A stretch of 64,000 bases of DNA, taken from assembly GCF_009914755.1 (NCBI RefSeq), contig NC_060939.1, one strand, 5' to 3'. Positions 57,230-64,000 of the stretch are shown in pieces. The position numbers and the translations under genes were made by a program. Each line of letters starts with the position of its first letter. Positions within the stretch are counted from its first letter, which is position 1. This DNA comes from the human T2T-CHM13v2.0 reference genome, Homo sapiens. A model generated the notes under the pieces. The model saw nothing but the letters and a program-made list of their open reading frames with translations. It did not search any database and was not told the DNA's origin.

Positions 57230-57407
57230 CTGCAGAGCTAAGGAGGACACTGAAATCTGTTCCCCTCTGTGACTCTCCACTTTCATTATTGACCTCTTTT
57301 TCAATATCTTGATATCGATCCCAGTTAGAGACAATCTTTCTTTTAGAATAATTTCCCTGTTCATCATTCTCTTCTCCATAGGTCTCTGCATCGCTGTCAT
57401 CTTCAAC
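57230..57407 (-). CDS. AVEN: AVEN internal coding exon (exon 2), 178 nt, starts phase 0, ends phase 1
   Basis: Minus strand: acceptor ctaatgattgcag|GTTGAAGAT and donor TCTGCAG|gtatga. Translation VEDDSDAETYGEENDEQGNYSKRKIVSNWDRYQDIEKEVNNESGESQRGTDFSVLLSSA(G) is recognised as human Aven, including the conserved SKRKIVSNWDRY motif. Confidence 0.95.
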
Positions 57408-58499
57408 CTGCAATCATTAGAGACAAATCAATAAGTAAGCAGTGGAAATCCTGACCTTAGTAGACTTCCCAGTAAAACAAAAAAGTACATGGACATAACA
57501 ATAAAAAGCAATAGACCAAGCTGTCTGAAGATATTAAATATTATTTTAAGAGAATCACACTATACCAGAGTGTTCTTTTAGGGTGAACTTTCCAGTAATC
57601 ATTGAAAAGGAAATCTAGCAAGCAGCTGCCTAAACATTTGTGTAGCTGATCTCTAAAATTTATCCCTATGTATCCTATTTCAATAGTTGCTTCATCCAGT
57701 TGAAATAATCAAGGCTGTAAGCATCTTAAACTCAAAGGACTTCAGGATGGAAATCAACTCTCCCTTTCAATTTATGGATATGGATTTTACAAACACATTC
57801 CATAAACATGTTTAAAAGCTTTATTTAATTTTTTAGAGCAATGAAAGTATGACATTATTTAAAACTATTTAACTTAAACATATATTACTAGGAAAACACT
57901 ATTACATATAGTGAGGGACAATGACTTGTGAAATGGAGTGTGAATTTACATGGTACTACATTTATACATAAGATTCCATACTCTAGAATAATGAAAACCA
58001 TTCCACATCTACATTTGTTTTAGTACTTCTTATTAACAACTTGAGTTTGAAATAAATACATGTTATGACCAGAACCATCCAGATAGGTGATTAATGAACA
58101 TTCTGATGTTATATACTGACTCAAATCTATTTTTAAATATTGAGAGGAGACAAATTACTGACAAAGTCAAGGCCACTTCATTTGCCCTTGATAGCCTTCT
58201 GTGAGTGCCCTCTCAGGTACTCTCTTAGCACTCTCCAGGCTCAATTTCTACAACTTGCCTGTGTGATTGTTCAGGTAGCGTCTGTGTGAGCAACTAGTTG
58301 TATACATGTGGACACACACACATACACAATGCTCCTAGAAAAAAGCTAGCACAAAATCTTAATTCAATAGAAAAGCTTGGGTATAAAAAAGTTCCCTGTA
58401 TTACAACTGACTATGTTGTACAGATTTTTAAATAGGAACCCTGCTCAGATGCATGCTAGAGAACAGTTTCCAGTCTTGGGCACTGAAAGGTTAAGAGAG

Positions 58500-59040
58500 C
58501 ATGCAGAAGGATGCACAATGTGAACAATTCTAGAAGATAAGGAACCCAGTTTCTTCAATAAATAAACTGAAAGAGAAAAAAATGGTGGGAGAGGATGGAG
58601 AAACCTATAAACCAAAAGAGCTTAAGGCATAATCAGTTGTAATGTAGGGAACTTATTTGTACTGATTTGAACAATCTAGAGAAAATAATGACTATGAGAC
58701 AACTGGGAAAAAGTAAATAATGACTGGATATTTGATTATATTAAGGAAATACCACTAATTTATTGTTTGTTTGTTATAATACTGGTATTGCAATTTTTTA
58801 AAGTGTTGTTAACTTTTAGATATAAACACTGAACTCTTTATGGATGAAAAGATAGGACATGTGAGGTTTGCTCCAAAATAGTGGGTGGAGAGGAATGGTG
58901 GATAGACATGAAATATACTATACTTAATTGGTAATTGCTGAAGCTGGATGATGGGTACATGGAAAATCACTGTATTATTATTCTATCTACTTTTGCATGT
59001 ATTTAAATTTTTTCATAATAGAATATTAAATTTTTAAAAC
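58500..59040 (+). mobile_element. L1MC/ME-type 3' fragment
   Basis: gactggatatttgattatattaagg...ttgctgaagctggatgatgggtacatgg...tttttcataata. Confidence 0.65.
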
Positions 59041-60225
59041 AGAGATGCATGTAGAATCTAAAGACATGGTTCAAAGATGTGTCCCAAACATTACAAAATC
59101 CTTATCAAGAAAAAAATGAGTAAAATTATTAAAACAACTCATCTGTATAGGATGGGTTAGTGTGGACTTAAAAAAAAAATGAGCTTTTATTAACACAGAA
59201 GCAGGACATATGCACTGGAGAAAATTAGGAGGAAAAGACAAGCAAAACTAAAATATATAAAAACCCCAAATTCCCTCACCCACAGAGTACCACTAACCCC
59301 TCAGTACACATACTTCCAGATCTTTTTCTATGTATATATTTATATATACTTCTTTTTGGTCACTAGATTTTTAAAAAATATTCTTCATCTCTCCACTTAA
59401 TAAATTTCATTTCATATAACATCCAGGCTAGTTCCAAATTTCCGTAACCCAAAAAATGTCCTATACAGCTGGTTTTTCCAAGACAGTATCTAATCCAGGA
59501 CCAGGAATTGTATCTAATTGTTTATTCCTTAAGTCTCTTTGAATCTAGCACAGTCCCTATTTTTACGACCCTGACTTATTGACAAGGCCAGGCTAGGTCT
59601 GTTTGCTTCCTCATGGTATTATTTACAGATTTTTTTATCTCCAATATTATCTATAAACTAATCTTAAAAATGTAAGTGCTCAATGGAGTCAAGCTAAATA
59701 TTTTTGGCTAAAATATAGATGCTGCTTTGAACCCTTTGTTACAGCACATAAGATGGCTGAACAAACATAAGCACTATATATAATAACTAAGATGGACCAC
59801 AGGGTTTGGATAATGAAGTCTGATCCACTCACCCACTGTACAGATATGTCTTCCCTCTTTCATCGAGGAAATTGTTTGTGCAGTGTTATTTGATCCACTG
59901 TAAATTTCTAGTTCCCCAACCATTCACTTAACAAATTTAACACTAGTCAATAATCCTCACCTGAATCAACTTTCATACACTTTCATGAAATAGACTAATT
60001 GGCCTTTCAAGATCACGTTCAGCCCACAAATATCATCATAAGCCTCCCTGTCAAAACAAAAAGATGGCGTTCTACATTATGATCTAGGGACTGCAAAGAC
60101 TGCCTGAAAACTAGAGCATTCCTGCAAGTTTCTCAGAACCAAAAGATGCTGGCAGATTAAAGAGATATAATAGAATCTGCTATGTAAATAACAAATACCA
60201 GGAACATTCTACAGAAAATAGCCTT

Positions 60226-60521
60226 GGCCAGGCACGGTGGCTCACACCTGTAATCCCAACACTTTGGGAGGCCGAGGAGGGCAGATCACAAGGTGAGGAG
60301 ATCGAGACCATCCTGGCTAACATGGTGAAACCCCATCTCTACTAAAAATACAAAAAATTAACTGGGCATGGTGGCGGGCACCTGTAGTCCCAGCTACTCA
60401 GGAGGCTGAGGCAGGAGAATGGCGTGAATCCAGGAGGCGGAGTTTGCAGTGAGTCAAGATCACGCCATTGCAATCCAGCCCGGGCAACAGAGCGAGACTC
60501 CGTCTCAAAAAAAAAAAAAAA
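60226..60521 (+). mobile_element. AluY/Sc-like
   Basis: gatcgagaccatcctggctaac and gaatggcgtgaa; TSD aaaaYagcctt. Confidence 0.95.
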
Positions 60522-61611
60522 CAGCCTTGTAACTGATGAGAATTTGCGGGACAGAACTAGAGCTGAAAACACCAGCAGGGTTTTGTCTGGGAAAATTCAA
60601 TATTCTTTTGTTGGCCCATTGGGTGAACAGAGTTCAGAGAGGCTTCTCCAGTCAGTATAAAACCTATAAAACCTCTGAACACAGCTGTAACACATGGCAA
60701 AAATGTAAATCTGGGCAAAATAATTACCTTGATCTAAAAGAGGATTATGATCTAAAACACCTAAGGAACGATTAATGCAGTGAAACAAGCACTGAAATGG
60801 AAAGTGGGAGACCTAAACCGAATTAATGGTCCTGCCAAGTGTTTATAATAGGCTGATCCTTATGCATATGAATAACTCACCAGTCCCCAAATTAGAAGAA
60901 CCACTGAACAAGGATCTCATTACCCCTACACAAATGCAGAGACAGAGTTGTCATTAGCCTTCATTCACAAGAGAGTAGTAAGAAGTAATATAATAATAAA
61001 AAAGTTTAGAAGACATTTGATGTAACTGAAAGATGTATCTTAAAAACTAGAGGTTTTATAGGTTCATTGTGCAAAGATGTGAGACAAAATAAAAATATGC
61101 AAAGCCTCAATATGGAGAAAAAGAACAGAGCAAATAAAATACTGATCAGAAAACAAGGTGAAAACTATAAAGATAAAGGCATCATTTTCATATAAATATT
61201 GTTACAAAATTAGTCTGGTGGTTTTCACTGTAATAGTTCATACCTGGACATCGGTCACTGGTTGCATTGTTCAGAGATTAACAGGAATCCATTTAGATTA
61301 ATAAGCTGAAGACCTATTATACAATCAAACTACTGCCGAGCTATTATCTTGTCCAATGACACACACACACAAATCCATTTAAAACAAATTGAGATTTTCA
61401 ACTAGAAAGAGTAGCTTAATGTTTTGCAGCTTTTCCAATAGGCAAGGGTCATTTTTGACCTCACCTGCTCTGCAGAATGAAAATGAAAAAATGAAATAAA
61501 AAAATGAATCAACTTTCTAATAATAAGAATTGTCATGATAACTCCATGTCATTCTCCAAACAGAAGAGCCGACGGCCCCTTACATATTCATATTAGAACT
61601 GTACAGAACAT

Positions 61612-62270
61612 AATTCAGCCAAATTCTCTGCCACTTTCAAACCAGGCACGCTTTTCCTCTAGTGTCCATTAACATGTTCCTCATTTCCATCTGAGACCTA
61701 CCCAGAGTCGCCTTTAATGTCCATATTTCTACCAACAGTATCTTCAAGACAACGTAGGCTGCTTCTATCATGCACCTTAAAATTCTTCCAGCTTTTACTC
61801 ACTACACAATTCCAAAGCCACTTCCACACTTTTAGGTATTGGTTAGAGCAACACCCCATTTCCTGGTACCGTATTACTTTCCTACAGCTGCCATAACAAA
61901 GTATCACAAATTAGATGGCTTAAAACCACAGAAATGTTTTTCTCTCTCAGTTCTGGAGGCTAGAAATCTGAAATCTGGGTATTGGTAGGGTTGGCTCTTT
62001 CTGGAAGTTCTGAGGGAGAATCTATTCCATGACCTTCTCCAGCTTCTAGTGGTTGCTGGCAACCTTAGCATTCCTTCCTTTGCCATTTTCACATGGCATT
62101 TTCTCCTCTATGGGTGTGCATCTTCTCCATTCTTATGAGGACATGAGTTATACTGGATTAGGGCCTACCTTAATCAAGTAAGACCTTACTTTATCTTTGA
62201 TTACATCTGCAAACAACCTATTTCCAAATAAGATCACACTCAGAGGTACTGCAGATTAGAATTTAAACCT
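61612..62270 (-). mobile_element. MaLR (MLT1/MST-type) LTR with adjacent internal sequence
   Basis: ttcctcatttccatctgagacc...ttccaaagccacttccaca...ccccatttcctggtacc, then gctgccataacaaagtatcacaaatt...tggattagggcc...tttccaaataagatcaca. Confidence 0.8.
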
Positions 62271-62335
62271 ATCAAAATTCTTGGAAGAAAAAATCACCTA
62301 TCACAGGAGAAAAAAATAGTCGAAAATAATGGGTG

Positions 62336-62971
<636 letters not shown>

Positions 62972-63128
62972 AATGAAAAACCTTTATACATCCAAGAAGC
63001 TCAATGAACTTCTAGTGTATATGCAAAGAGATTCATAGATACATAATAAAAAAGCTAAAAGCCAAAAACAAGGATTCTGCAGACCCACTCCATTTTGTTA
63101 AGATAAAATTAAAACACACACTCACATG

Positions 63129-63159
<31 letters not shown>

Positions 63160-63884
63160 CATGGAGAAAACACTGAAAATCAAGAAAAAGGAAAAACCAA
63201 CTCATCACAAGGCAACCCAAAGAAAATTAATGGCTAACTTCTCATCAGAATCAACGGAAGCCAGAAGGCAATAATATAACATATTCAAAGTGTTGCTAGG
63301 AAAAAAAATAAACTGTCAGCCAAGAATCCTACATACAAAAAAGCTATCTTTCAAAAGTGAGGGTGAAAAAAAGACATTCCCAGATAAACAAAACGTAAGA
63401 AAATTTGCTCTAACAGGCCCACCTTACAAGATACACTAACAAAGTTCTTCAAACTAAAAACAAGTGGTCCTAAACAGCAATTCAAATCCACATGAAAAAA
63501 ACAAATCCACATGAAAAAACCAGTAATTATGTAACTATAAAATATCACATAAATGCATATTTCTTCTCTTGTCTTCCCTTTACTGATTTTAAAAGCAATT
63601 CTATAAAACAATATGTGTATAATTGTATTGCTGGGCCTATAACATAGATTTTTTTAAAAAATCAATATCCAACTACAGCTGTCTACAGGAGATTCACTTT
63701 AGATTCAAAGATACAAGTAGCAGTAAAATAAAGAAAAAGCATAAAAAAATTCTATGCAAACACTAAAGAGCTAGCATGACTACATAAATATCAGACAAAA
63801 TAGACTTTAAAACAAAAATCGTTATAAAGACCAAGAAGGCTGTTACATAATAATAAAAAGGTCAATCAAAAAGATATAACAATA
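62972..63884 (+). mobile_element. Old L1M ORF1 / ORF2-start fragment containing a (CA)n at ~63114-63159
   Basis: atccaagaagctcaatgaac, acttctcatcagaa...gaagccagaaggcaat, aagacattcccagataaac, atatcagacaaaatagactttaa. Confidence 0.75.
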
Positions 63885-63885
63885 G

Positions 63886-64000
63886 GGCCAGGCACAGTGG
63901 TTCATGCCTGTAATCCCAATGCTTTGGGAGGCCGAGGTAGGGAGGGTCGCTTGAGGCCAGGAGTTTGAGATCAGCCTGAGCAACATAGAGAGCATTGCTA
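63886..64000 (+). mobile_element. AluJ/FLAM 5' part (window edge)
   Basis: ggccaggcacagtggttcatgcctgtaatccc...gcttgaggccaggagtttgaga. Confidence 0.9.

Noticed and set aside
57198-57413. Track ORF boundaries for the AVEN segment
   Set aside because: The leading MQ and trailing MNSSCMHTV are intronic read-through; the splice sites define 57230-57407.

Overview
Human (or very closely related great-ape) genomic DNA that is almost entirely intronic and rich in repeats. The only host coding exon is a 178-nt minus-strand exon at 57230-57407, recognised as exon 2 of AVEN (cell death regulator Aven, 15q14). So 57408-64000 is AVEN intron 1 and 1-57229 is part of its very long intron 2. From recalled annotation, CHRM5 starts on the opposite strand inside this intron; the repeat-free block ending at the donor CAG|GTAAGA at 23306/23307 is the likely non-coding first exon. 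Also present: an old processed FTL (ferritin light chain) pseudogene that keeps a decayed iron-responsive element, about 27 Alus, several L1 pieces, MER1A/MER2/MER5 DNA transposons, LTRs, L2 and microsatellites. Nearly all ORFs in the supplied track are repeat-derived or chance. I cannot support a wholly new biological system here. The best leads are: a candidate AVEN poison exon (54820-54950); a 5'-only L1 whose antisense promoter/ORF0 points down AVEN just after exon 2; a ~197-bp direct repeat bracketing an AluJ (possible giant target-site duplication); a 17-nt L1 3' transduction; a solo poly(A) insertion; a trimeric Alu; and several template-switch-like hairpin scars. Repeat boundaries and subfamily names were assigned by eye and are approximate.
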